DNA of 64,000 bases from Candidatus Omnitrophota bacterium (lineage in GTDB: Bacteria; Omnitrophota; Gorgyraeia; Gygaellales; UBA12090): assembly GCA_023247895.1 (NCBI GenBank), contig JAHFFP010000001.1:1029-65028 (forward strand), given 5' to 3'. The position numbers and the translations under genes are program-made. The notes under the pieces were generated by a model. It did no database searches. It was given only the letters and a program-made list of their open reading frames with translations, and was not told the origin of the DNA. How positions within the stretch are numbered: the stretch's first letter is position 1; every line of letters begins with the position of its first letter. This document shows positions 8,642 to 17,822 of the stretch, piece by piece.

Positions 8642-9118
8642 CTAGAATTTAAAATTCCCCTGCGGGCTGTCTCTCTTCATGATTTCTTTGATAAGATTAA
8701 CGAATTTTGTTGCCGTATCCAAGGCTCCCCCTGCTTCTGTGCATGAAATTGAAATATCAATCTCATAAGTGAAGATATTGCGCTTCCTGCGCATCCTGTC
8801 AAAACGTTCTGCTATGCTCTTATATTCTTCTCCTAGGCATTGCGCCATAAAATCTACCACAGTCTTATGTTGATAGCCATCTGCCGGGCGAAATCCCTTA
8901 AGCAGCATAAAGGCGCGTCCTGCGCGTAACATAGCCAGATACGCTACAGTATAGGCAATTCCTTCATCAATCTTAAGATTTGCCTTTGCTGTTTTTAAAT
9001 CCTTCTCGCTTCTGAAAATTAACTTCTCTACTGTGCCAAAGTCAGATTTCTGTTTCTTAAGCAGGCCTTTTGCTAAATATTCTTCTATAAACTTTTCATA
9101 TCTCATTTTTATCTCCAA
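8642..9118 (-). CDS. HEPN-domain toxin (MNT-HEPN pair)
   Basis: AYLAML..A, H, and RRKRNIFTY motif; overlaps the MNT stop. Confidence 0.8.
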   Translation of the reverse strand: MEIKMRYEKFIEEYLAKGLLKKQKSDFGTVEKLIFRSEKDLKTAKANLKIDEGIAYTVAYLAMLRAGRAFMLLKGFRPADGYQHKTVVDFMAQCLGEEYKSIAERFDRMRRKRNIFTYEIDISISCTEAGGALDTATKFVNLIKEIMKRDSPQGNFKF

Positions 9119-9668
9119 TCAAGAATATTTTCGGATTTCTTATAAGATCTAGGATAAAGGAATCTTTTCTGGCTTTTTTCTTCTTAAATTCTTCTCTTGT
9201 GTATAAAGTATAATTAATCTCTCTTCTAAATCCTTCTTCAGCTTTCTTTACTTCTCTAATTAGTTGATCTTCATTGACATTGCCCATAATGAAGAGGTCA
9301 ATATCGCTTGCGGCATTCTCGCTTTTTTGGGCAAATGACCCATAGATAAAAGCCAGCTCAATCCCCTTAATTTTAGCCAGAGACTGCTTCAATGCCCCTT
9401 CTACGCCAACAGTCTTAAATACTATACTTTTTAACTCGCTGAATAATGGGTACGATTTATTGAGAGAATAATAAGTTCTATTTCCGTTTTTTCGGGATAA
9501 AAATATGCCTTCCTGCTCCAGTCGGACAAGTTCTTTGCGAATCATACTCACGGGAGTATCAATAAGGCGCTCCAATTCCCTCAGATAATATTCTCCGTGC
9601 GGGTTAGTAAAATAGAGCTTAAAAAGCTCTTTTCGTGTTTTAGATTTAAATATGTTTGAAATATCCAT
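9096..9668 (-). CDS. wHTH plus minimal nucleotidyltransferase antitoxin
   Basis: N-terminal wHTH (YYLRELER), YGSFA...SDIDL. Confidence 0.88.
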   Translation of the reverse strand: MDISNIFKSKTRKELFKLYFTNPHGEYYLRELERLIDTPVSMIRKELVRLEQEGIFLSRKNGNRTYYSLNKSYPLFSELKSIVFKTVGVEGALKQSLAKIKGIELAFIYGSFAQKSENAASDIDLFIMGNVNEDQLIREVKKAEEGFRREINYTLYTREEFKKKKARKDSFILDLIRNPKIFLIGDKNEI

Positions 9669-9690
9669 ATTGTAACCTTTCTCTATTACT

Positions 9691-9714
9691 ATTGTAATAT
9701 ATTTAGATTACAAT
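9691..9714. promoter_or_regulatory. Putative operator upstream of the MNT-HEPN operon
   Basis: ATTGTAAT-N8-ATTACAAT inverted repeat. Confidence 0.45.
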
Positions 9715-9819
9715 ATCAAGAGAATACTCAATAATGAATAGGACCATCTCCATTCTTATCCATAAAGTTAAATTCAACATTCAAGGTCTGACCCTGTTGT
9801 TTTTGACTGGCGGACGCGG

Positions 9820-10035
9820 TTGCAACCAATTCGCACCGTATCGGAAATCCAAGCAAAGATTATAATTCAACCTTTCCAACGCATACCATTATATCAAAAA
9901 TTATCTAAAAAGGTAACAGAATTGCGGCTTTTGGGTATGCTTCATAAGGAAATAGCTAAAAGTTTAAACATTTCTAAAAGAACAGTTACGAAGGCTTGTA
10001 AATTTCAGGAAAAGATTCAAGGAAGCGAAAAATGA
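9820..10035 (+). CDS. Integrase C-terminal (HTH-like) fragment of the island LSR
   Basis: In frame with the TGG-CGG core at 9808-9813; LGMLHKEIAKSLNISKRTV HTH-like. Confidence 0.7.
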   Translation: MQPIRTVSEIQAKIIIQPFQRIPLYQKLSKKVTELRLLGMLHKEIAKSLNISKRTVTKACKFQEKIQGSEK

Positions 10036-10235
10036 GCTGGCCATTTAGTATTCGTAATATTATATATCCTAAAGAAAAATACATCTGGGCGCAGGTTAAG
10101 ATTATACATGAAACAGACAAAGCTATACTGGTAGATAACGGCAGAAAAACTTGGATTCCTAAGTCTCGAATACATGGAATAAGATTACGACATAATATCT
10201 TTGAAATTTACACTAAAGAAAGTACAATAGGATAA
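10032..10235 (+). CDS. Small phage-like hypothetical protein
   Basis: ETDKAILV...WIPKS motif; ATGA-coupled to the upstream fragment; duplicated at 7761. Confidence 0.7.
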   Translation: MSWPFSIRNIIYPKEKYIWAQVKIIHETDKAILVDNGRKTWIPKSRIHGIRLRHNIFEIYTKESTIG

Positions 10236-10365
10236 CACCTAAGGCTTCCCTGGCTAATAGAGGCATTACATTATGCTATAGCCTATAGAACAAGTAAAAA
10301 TAATATAACTATATGTATTGAAATGAGTTACGATTTACTTGCTTTACCGCAAAACAAGTAACCCA

Positions 10366-11814
10366 TCATTTCTTAACCTCTGGAGAATCGGGCAGCTTGT
10401 ATTTAGTTCCCTTAAAATAACCAGAGGGTGGCACGATCTGTATTAACAAACCCTGCTTGGCCCAATTTTTTAACATTTTTGCCATCTTATCGCGCTGGAC
10501 AACACCAGTAACTTCTCTAGCTTTCTCATTTGTAATATATTTATTTTCCTTTAAGTAACTGCTGATCTTTTCCCATTCTGAAGGCCGATATTCATTAAGT
10601 AAAATAACCTTAACGAAATCTTGATATAATGGATAGGTAAGAAATATAGGTGGGTATAAATTCTGAGCGGCCATTTCACTCCTCATGGCCCGAACGCCTT
10701 CGTTCTGATCAAGATTAGGTGGTGACGGAAACTCTCGTAAATGTTTGACTAGTAAATCATTTCTATATCCTTCGGCGCGCACCCATCCAATATTAGCTCT
10801 CGTGATGTTACAGGGGAATAATCCGGGGCTATCTACTTCAACCCTATCTTCGTAAATCTTAACTTCGATATCCCTCTTCATGTGGTAATCTCTGTGAATC
10901 ACCGCATTCGTAATAGCCTCCTTAATCGCCCGTTCTGGAATTTGATATATCGTTTTAAAGCCAGATGGAATGCGAATACCTGATCGCAAAAGCGTCAATA
11001 CATATTCATGAGCATCTTTGATCTGTTTAATAAGCGGGCCTTGTATAGTTTTTGGTACGCCAATAAGATTTGGGGTCTCTCCAATATTCTCGATAGTGCC
11101 GGTGTATTGAAAAACCCTGATAGCGCATTTAGTTTCAGTAAGCTCATTGGGGTATTCTGCAAATAATAAAACTGCTGCTAATGTAGGAAGAAGCTTACCT
11201 TGCTCATTCTTTCGCGCTAATCCAGTTTTTTCCAAAATTGTTTCAATAGGACTGCCGTTAATTCGCCTCGCCTCTTTCCATTCTTCAAAATAGGGTGTCT
11301 TTAATAAGGTAAAATCGATACCCACAAGCCCTTTATCAGCCCTTTCGAACCCTTTTGCATAGGCAAACTTTACCATCTCGTGAGCTGTTAAGTGACGGTT
11401 CCCCTTTACGCCTCGCACATAGACATTATTATTGACCGAATGAAAACTATCTATAGCCTTAGGTACAAATATTAAAGCGACTCTCTTCTGGCCATCAGGC
11501 GCATCGAGAAGAGTAGGCGGCCATAGACCAGGTATTGGTGGAATAATTCTTTGAATTTCCCGCCCTAGAGCATCATACGTTTGAACATTTTCATCAATTC
11601 CATAAATGCGATTAAGACCCTTTAGTTTTGTTTTCTCCGGGTCATCAATGCCCAAAATGATCACACCACCATCTGTATTCGTCATAGCCACAATGGTTTC
11701 TATAACCTTAGTAACAACTTTATCCTCGGACAAACGCTTAAATTCAATCGTTTGGGTTTCAGCAGGTATCTCGAGAATATTCTTTAACCAATCATTTTGA
11801 TTTTCTTTTTTCAT
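10366..11814 (-). CDS. AlbA_2/Schlafen plus HATPase_c_4 (RecG C-terminal-like) protein
   Basis: ETQTIEFKR, AMTNTDGGVIILG, EAITNAVIHRDY, SPG, RN motifs. Confidence 0.85.
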   Translation of the reverse strand: MKKENQNDWLKNILEIPAETQTIEFKRLSEDKVVTKVIETIVAMTNTDGGVIILGIDDPEKTKLKGLNRIYGIDENVQTYDALGREIQRIIPPIPGLWPPTLLDAPDGQKRVALIFVPKAIDSFHSVNNNVYVRGVKGNRHLTAHEMVKFAYAKGFERADKGLVGIDFTLLKTPYFEEWKEARRINGSPIETILEKTGLARKNEQGKLLPTLAAVLLFAEYPNELTETKCAIRVFQYTGTIENIGETPNLIGVPKTIQGPLIKQIKDAHEYVLTLLRSGIRIPSGFKTIYQIPERAIKEAITNAVIHRDYHMKRDIEVKIYEDRVEVDSPGLFPCNITRANIGWVRAEGYRNDLLVKHLREFPSPPNLDQNEGVRAMRSEMAAQNLYPPIFLTYPLYQDFVKVILLNEYRPSEWEKISSYLKENKYITNEKAREVTGVVQRDKMAKMLKNWAKQGLLIQIVPPSGYFKGTKYKLPDSPEVKK

Positions 11815-11949
11815 ACTAAACCCTCCGAATTTTTAATAGCTTTACTTCGTTTGGATTTATTTTACGAGTCGATAGATTATAGCGACTTACGTAAAGCGTC
11901 TTAAATTTTCTTTAATTTTGCATCTTTGGATCGTTCTATGGAAAACAAC

Positions 11950-12972
11950 TTATACATCTCCATTACCAATTCTTCTCCTTAATAGTTCTGATAGCAGCGA
12001 AGGAAATGTTGTTTGAGGCGGAGCAGGAGACATTAACAATGAAGAAAATGGGGATGGTAATGTCGGGGGTGTATAAAACCCGCTGCCCAATATTCTACCC
12101 CATACCTGCTTGGCAAAACCAATCTGTCCTTTCTGCATATAATCAAATGCTTTTTGAGCATAAGCAAAGTGCGCTTTGATTTTCTGCTTAACCGCTGCTA
12201 ATAAAAAAGGATTGGCATAGAGATATTGGTCTACATAAACACTATTCCCGCCTGGCTCTGGAACAAATGGACTGTTTTTGTAAAGGTCAAGCAGGTAATT
12301 CGTTTTTGCGAAAAACGCCCCAACACCACCCGCATAATCTTCAATCTTATAGGCACTAAACGCCATCCTTGCCAACATTTCTAAATGGAATGACCGTAGA
12401 GGGACTTTATGCACATCTTTCCATCGCTTTAACATCTATACTGTTGGCTTAAACAATCCCCCTGCCTGCTTATTCTCCTGCGTCATCCATTTGTGGGGGA
12501 TTTTGGGATATGTTTGTTGCCATCCCAAACCACTAACCGCTGGTATCTTGAAAAGTTCCTCATTATCACTGAAACCAATCGCAGGAACGACTTCAAAATG
12601 ACAATATGAAAACTTAACAGTTATACACGGTTGAGTTATGATAACTGGCGTTAAAGGATAAGCGCTTCTCAAGACACGGCTAATCTTATTGAGCAATTGC
12701 ATAGGGGTATCGTTTTTGTGCTGCCCATAATGAACCTGAACAATAAAATCTACGTCCTTCAAAGGTCTTATCATTGTATCTCGTGCGTAAGAACCCGTCA
12801 GGAATGTACCCACTATCTTCACATCTGTGGAGTTTTCAAGCATAGTCCTCATCTTTGTATGACTTGCTGAAATAGAACTTTTTTCATTTTCGTTTGGTTC
12901 TATCTTTGAGCGTAATTTTTCAAATTCCTCAAGAATACTTTGTTTCGCCCTCTCGTAAGGTAGTAAAGTCAT
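11950..12972 (-). pseudogene. CD-NTase/SMODS nucleotidyltransferase split by an in-frame TAG (12436-12438)
   Basis: GSYARDTMIRPLKDVDF catalytic motif; KPTV*MLKRW continues in frame into SFHLE...W C-lobe. Confidence 0.85.
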
Positions 12973-13508
12973 ACTTGTTTATCCTTTTCAGAATACACTT
13001 CTTCGCCATCCTTAACGCCATCTCGTGCCTTTTGGTAATCTCCCTGTGAAGTCTCTGGCTCATCTTTCTGAATATCATTTACCTCTTGGCAAATCTTCTC
13101 AAGTTCTTTCTGAACTTCATCTAATGTTTTATTGCCATCTTTGTAGTAAGCAAGTAACCTCTGCGCTTCCTTCATCAAACATAGGTATCTATCTGCTGTA
13201 ACTTTATGTCTTAATGCTTGTTTTTCAAACTTCAAGTAAGTCTGCAAAGCCACAAGGATTGCATTAAGTAATATAAAAATCCCGACAATAATTTGCGCTA
13301 ATAGTATATCGCTCTTAGACAGAGCGAAGTAAACCGAAGTTCCCATAATGGCGGTCAAAACCACTATTGCTATCCCCATATTTCTATTGTAAGTAGCAAC
13401 CCTATCTCTTGCGTTGTAATGCTTCTTCTTCCCATACATACAGTCAATTCTAAATTTATTTAATTCTTCAATGGTATTTATACCTTTTTCCATTTTACTC
13501 CTTATCAA
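12969..13508 (-). CDS. SLATT-type two-TM effector
   Basis: KKHYNA, 2 TM helices, ALQTYL...ALRHK..A.RY pattern; stop overlaps the CD-NTase ATG. Confidence 0.78.
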   Translation of the reverse strand: MIRSKMEKGINTIEELNKFRIDCMYGKKKHYNARDRVATYNRNMGIAIVVLTAIMGTSVYFALSKSDILLAQIIVGIFILLNAILVALQTYLKFEKQALRHKVTADRYLCLMKEAQRLLAYYKDGNKTLDEVQKELEKICQEVNDIQKDEPETSQGDYQKARDGVKDGEEVYSEKDKQV

Positions 13509-13693
13509 GTGGCGTAAAATTGCCGCATGAGAGACTCTGCTTCTTTTTGGGGATCCACTTCAACCTTAGACTTTTGCTGTTCCGAATCTAAGACAATTCC
13601 ACCTTTTCCTATAGCTTTAATTCTTGGGAATAACCCTATTATTTGTTTGCGAAATATAACAAAGAAGGCTATAAAAATTAAAACCACCGCCAT
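13505..13693 (-). CDS. Small single-TM protein
   Basis: 62-aa ORF with hydrophobic N-terminus; stop overlaps the next start. Confidence 0.5.
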   Translation of the reverse strand: MAVVLIFIAFFVIFRKQIIGLFPRIKAIGKGGIVLDSEQQKSKVEVDPQKEAESLMRQFYAT

Positions 13694-13747
13694 GGCACTA
13701 TGTATATATACCCCCCCTCTTAGTAAAATAGAAACAACAGCTGTCTC

Positions 13748-14716
13748 CTATTTCCTGCTCGAACACCAATCTATTTGCTTAAAGTCATCAAAAAGTCTGT
13801 TATACAGTTTTCTGTTTATTGGCTTAATATGACTTATTTTTCCCAAAATACGCTCTCTGAATTTTAACAAGCTAAAATCTGGCTTTTTATCAAAGTTAAA
13901 TTCTTCGTTAAATCTATCAATCTGAGTTCGAGGGCCAAGAGTTATGCAGTTATTAATGATCGCTTTTAAATTATGACGATAGGCATAAGGCACATTAGGC
14001 TTTTCATTAACACCAATCCCAGTGACTTCTTGTTTTTGCCAATAATACTGTTCCTTAATTTTACTTTCATTCACAATAAAACCTTCTTGCTTAAAAACTT
14101 TGCAAATAAGCTTCTTAAGGGTTTTAATCCCCATATTCCCAGATATTGTTATATCATCAGAAAAAAATGTGTAAGTATAACTTAATCCTATTTTCATAAA
14201 TAACGTTTTTAGGCGTTTGTCCAGGTTTCTCAGCATCAAAACTGCTAGGATCGGACTAGCTGAAAACCCATGCGGCAGACAGTAATCAGCTGTGGTTAAT
14301 CTTGATAAAATCTTTGACTCCTGCTCATCAAAACCAAGATTTTTAAACAACGCAAATACTTTCTTGAAATGCACACTCGGGAAGAAATCTTTGATGTCTA
14401 ATTTTGTAATGACCCTCTTGCTGAGATGACAGAGAGCATTTGTTAAATTAGACCTTTTCTTCTTATATCCGTGGAAAGTCTCAGGGAGTGAAGTTTTTTT
14501 AGAAATATAGGCTAGGATTGTTCGCTGGAGTTCCTTAAGATCTTTGGAGGTAGAAAAAATAAGGCGCTTTTTGCCGTTTTTATCAATTTCTTCTCGCTTG
14601 CGATAATGATTCCTAAAATGCGATACAATATTGCAAAGCTTCTCTTCACTATAACCTATTTTATAAGAAAGAGAGTAGTAAACTGAACCTGCTGATGAAT
14701 TTATTTTGCCATCCAT
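13748..14716 (-). CDS. Retron-type reverse transcriptase
   Basis: NALCH (NAxxH region X), LDIKDFFPS, LPHGFSASP, FSDD catalytic motif, VTG region Y. Confidence 0.88.
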   Translation of the reverse strand: MDGKINSSAGSVYYSLSYKIGYSEEKLCNIVSHFRNHYRKREEIDKNGKKRLIFSTSKDLKELQRTILAYISKKTSLPETFHGYKKKRSNLTNALCHLSKRVITKLDIKDFFPSVHFKKVFALFKNLGFDEQESKILSRLTTADYCLPHGFSASPILAVLMLRNLDKRLKTLFMKIGLSYTYTFFSDDITISGNMGIKTLKKLICKVFKQEGFIVNESKIKEQYYWQKQEVTGIGVNEKPNVPYAYRHNLKAIINNCITLGPRTQIDRFNEEFNFDKKPDFSLLKFRERILGKISHIKPINRKLYNRLFDDFKQIDWCSSRK

Positions 14717-14984
14717 TAGTAATGATAGCCATATTGAACAAATCTATAGAAAAGTCACGCCGTGACTGCATCATACATTGGGAAATAAAGGACCTTACGA
14801 TTTTAGTAATTGCCTCAACAATCGTGCTTAGAGCCTGTAATGTCGTAGCAAACAAAGCAAATGCCTTAACTGCCGTGCTTGCTTTATCCCTATCACGAAT
14901 TTTGGTAACTGCTATTCTCTTGGCGTCCTCGATCTCCCCAAAATTAAGAGAATTTCTTCTCTTTTTTTGTTTCGATCTACTCAT
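14661..14984 (-). CDS. Small basic ORF with hydrophobic helix, embedded in the RT leader
   Basis: AAAGGGGGTGG RBS before ATG 14984 (MSRSKQKKRR...); overlaps the RT 5' end. Confidence 0.5.
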   Translation of the reverse strand: MSRSKQKKRRNSLNFGEIEDAKRIAVTKIRDRDKASTAVKAFALFATTLQALSTIVEAITKIVRSFISQCMMQSRRDFSIDLFNMAIITNGWQNKFISRFSLLLSFL

Positions 14985-15334
14985 TTGACCACCCCCTTTC
15001 TTCTTTGACTTGTTCACTCTTAAATTTTGGGATATATTTCCCCAATGAAAGATAAGCATATATTTATTGCTTATCATTTGTTAACTATACAATCCTTCTT
15101 TTTAATTATCCTACGACATTAATAATGCTACGGCTACTTTGTCCGTTCGATTATTCTTCTTAACTTAATTGTTGGCGTCAAAAGATAATCAAAGGGAGAA
15201 ATTGAAAGAAAGATTGTTGAGTCTCTTTTCGAGAACAACTTAAGCGCGAAATGCTCTTGCTGGGAAAGGGGCACAACTCTGGTAGACTAAAAGAGAAGAT
15301 ATCAAAGAGCTACGGTAAGCGTAACGCTTACCGC
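14838..15334 (-). ncRNA. Putative retron msr-msd / structured leader
   Basis: 11-bp IR TAATGTCGTAG/CTACGACATTA (15111-15121 and 14838-14848) enclosing hairpins at 15051-15075 and 15027-15045; 5' hairpin 15313-15333. Confidence 0.55.
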
Positions 15335-15338
15335 AAAA

Positions 15339-15367
15339 AGTATATCACCACTCATATTGTTTGTCAA
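15339..15367 (-). promoter_or_regulatory. Sigma70 promoter of the RT operon
   Basis: TTGACA-17-TATACT with extended TG on the minus strand. Confidence 0.75.
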
Positions 15368-15464
15368 TGAAAAAATACAACATCTGGTATGTTATCTTCC
15401 CTGAACAACAATATATTGTATGACAATGCTGAACGAATAGAAATTTGGCGCCTTAAAACTAGTA

Positions 15465-17822
15465 TTACAAACTGATAACCTTCATAACCTCATCGCCATA
15501 GTGATTAATTACTTTTACGGCGATTTTTCCGGTCCTTGGCTTAGAGAATGGGCGGGAAACAGTGGAATAAAGATCATCCCAGGCGTCCTCTTTGATATCT
15601 GCCTTGAGTGCTTTCTTTAATTTTTCGTAGGGTTTATCTGCTCCGAGGAAATACGCGTGAGTAACAAAGAATGCTTCTCCGTTATAATTCGTATCTATAA
15701 ACCAGGCAGCGATTTCATGTTCTGGATCCCCTGACCCGCTTGAGCGAATTTCGCTCTTAACTGGATCGTATATATCCACACCAACTATTTCAACTATGAT
15801 ACCCTCTTTTGTTTGCTTAACTTTTACGTCCGGCTCTCCAAAAGCAAGGAAAAGATTGCCTGATCCGGTTTTCTTAAGGAGATCACCCATGGAGAGATCA
15901 GGATTAATCTTTACCTTCATTACGCGCAATTTCCCTACTTCAGAAGGCTCGGAGAATGCTGATGCCTCAAAAGAAGTAGCCGCAACCACAAGAAGATCTG
16001 CAAATTTCTTGGCTACTTTAGCTGCATCGTGGATAAAATCATCATCAGCACTACCAAACTCGGGACCAATAGCAACAGCAACTTTCTTTAATCCCTGAGC
16101 TGTCTTATATTCACCCGAAGCTTGAATTTCAGGCCCACCCGGAAGAATATCTAGATTAACAAACTCCACCCGCGCACCTTTTTCACCGGTCTGTACTCCG
16201 GCCTTAAGGAGATTTGCAACCACGGTCTCTACGAAACGCTCAGAAGAAACCATTTCTTGAGCATCAGAAACACGGTGAGGCGAAAGCGACTCTACTGTAA
16301 AAGGTCCAGATACTCGAACAATATTCTTATCCTCTTTCGGTTGATCATATAACATCTCTTGTTCCGGTTCTTCATTATTGGCCAACGACCTAAGAGTAAC
16401 ATGAGGCACAGTATTATATTCAAATCCTATGCTAATATTGAATTTATCTTTAAGCGTATAATAAGGAAACTTCGCCGTCATAAGACGAGTACGAGCTAAC
16501 GCTAACGCAACCCGAGAAGTATCTATAGTAATCCATCTTCTGCCCCATTGCTCTGCAACGCAAGCTGTTGTGCCTGCACCACAAGTTGGATCTAATACTA
16601 AGTCTCCGGGATCTGTAGTCATCAAAATACAGCGTTTTATAACTTCGATTCCAGTTTGAACAACATATTTCTTATTCTGTTCTGATAACTGCGTATTCCA
16701 AATATTATCATACTGAATATATGGAAAATCTTTTACGTATCTCACAAAGCGTAATGTTCCAGAAGCATAAATTCTACCAATCTCTGCAAGTTTTTTTAAG
16801 CTTTCTTCTGAAACCCGCCATCCATTATTTGGATTGTAAATTTTACCTTTATATTTAAAACTATAGATTGCTTGAGGGGCACTTGCCTCAATCTGTTGCG
16901 TTCCTACAATCTCATTTTCATCTACATAGTCTCTTTTTATAAAGAGAGGCCTGAATTTTAGTTCTTTCTCTTCTTTTGCGTACCATAAAATATAATCAAA
17001 AATATTGTTTAGGCGATCGGTTGGCTTTGTCATTGCTGTACGAAAACCAATTTGATTTATAAAATTATCATTCCCGAAAACCTCATCCATAATGTTTCTT
17101 ACTAAATGGACGTTTTCATCATTAATTTGGACAAAACATGAACCACTTTCAGTTAATAGCTCCCGCGCTACTATCAAACGATCTCGCAGATAAGAAAGAT
17201 AAGAATGAATTCCTAGCTCCCAAGTATCGCGATAAGCTTTAATTTGTTCTGGCTGCCGGATAAAATCATCAACCTTATTATCTTTCACATCACGCTTACG
17301 AGTTGATACCTGCCAATTTGAACCAAACTTTATACCGTAAGGTGGGTCAATGTAAATAGTCTGCACTTTACCCCGCATTCCCTCTTTCTCAAGTAGACTA
17401 TTCATTACCAATAAAGAATCACCCAGGACCATGCGATTTTGCCAATTATCCTCATGTTTATAAAACTCAACTGCTTTATCAAATTGCTGCTGCGTTGTTT
17501 CGCCAAAAAGGATTAATTGCATTTCATCTTTAGCTCCCTGTTTAAGCCGAGCAATAATCCCTTCAGGGGCAACCTTTTCTTGAACATAAATTGGAACTGT
17601 AGAAACAGATAATTCTACACCCGCCTCTTTCTTGCCAGCCCAAACTAATTGTGGCTCAAGAGAAGGATCATAATCATACCTTTTCTTTATTGGCTGCTTA
17701 TCGCGGGCAGAAAGTTTTACAGATTCTTCCTGTGTAGGAATACGCTTTCGCTTATCTTTATGCTTATACGAGACTATTGCAGCAGCTTCGGTAGTTCGTG
17801 GTTCTAACCTTTTTCTTCCCAT
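15465..17822 (-). CDS. mod: Type III R-M DNA methyltransferase (Mod)
   Basis: IDPPY motif IV, VLDPTCGAGTT motif I, KIAVKVINHYGDE C-terminus. Confidence 0.9.
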   Translation of the reverse strand: MGRKRLEPRTTEAAAIVSYKHKDKRKRIPTQEESVKLSARDKQPIKKRYDYDPSLEPQLVWAGKKEAGVELSVSTVPIYVQEKVAPEGIIARLKQGAKDEMQLILFGETTQQQFDKAVEFYKHEDNWQNRMVLGDSLLVMNSLLEKEGMRGKVQTIYIDPPYGIKFGSNWQVSTRKRDVKDNKVDDFIRQPEQIKAYRDTWELGIHSYLSYLRDRLIVARELLTESGSCFVQINDENVHLVRNIMDEVFGNDNFINQIGFRTAMTKPTDRLNNIFDYILWYAKEEKELKFRPLFIKRDYVDENEIVGTQQIEASAPQAIYSFKYKGKIYNPNNGWRVSEESLKKLAEIGRIYASGTLRFVRYVKDFPYIQYDNIWNTQLSEQNKKYVVQTGIEVIKRCILMTTDPGDLVLDPTCGAGTTACVAEQWGRRWITIDTSRVALALARTRLMTAKFPYYTLKDKFNISIGFEYNTVPHVTLRSLANNEEPEQEMLYDQPKEDKNIVRVSGPFTVESLSPHRVSDAQEMVSSERFVETVVANLLKAGVQTGEKGARVEFVNLDILPGGPEIQASGEYKTAQGLKKVAVAIGPEFGSADDDFIHDAAKVAKKFADLLVVAATSFEASAFSEPSEVGKLRVMKVKINPDLSMGDLLKKTGSGNLFLAFGEPDVKVKQTKEGIIVEIVGVDIYDPVKSEIRSSGSGDPEHEIAAWFIDTNYNGEAFFVTHAYFLGADKPYEKLKKALKADIKEDAWDDLYSTVSRPFSKPRTGKIAVKVINHYGDEVMKVISL

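Larger units (their letters stand above)
7540..9813. mobile_element. ~2.3-kb integrase-less cassette/relic element in tandem with the main island
   Basis: Starts with the same arm as the main island (CGGACGCGGTTGCAACCAATTCGC) and ends in TTGACTGGCGG; carries duplicated tail and small-gene module plus MNT-HEPN. Confidence 0.7.

Noticed and set aside
4219-14716. Diversity-generating retroelement (Avd-like gene plus RT)
   Set aside because: The four-helix-bundle gene is ~9 kb away in a different element, the RT has retron motifs, and repeat differences are synonymous rather than adenine-specific.
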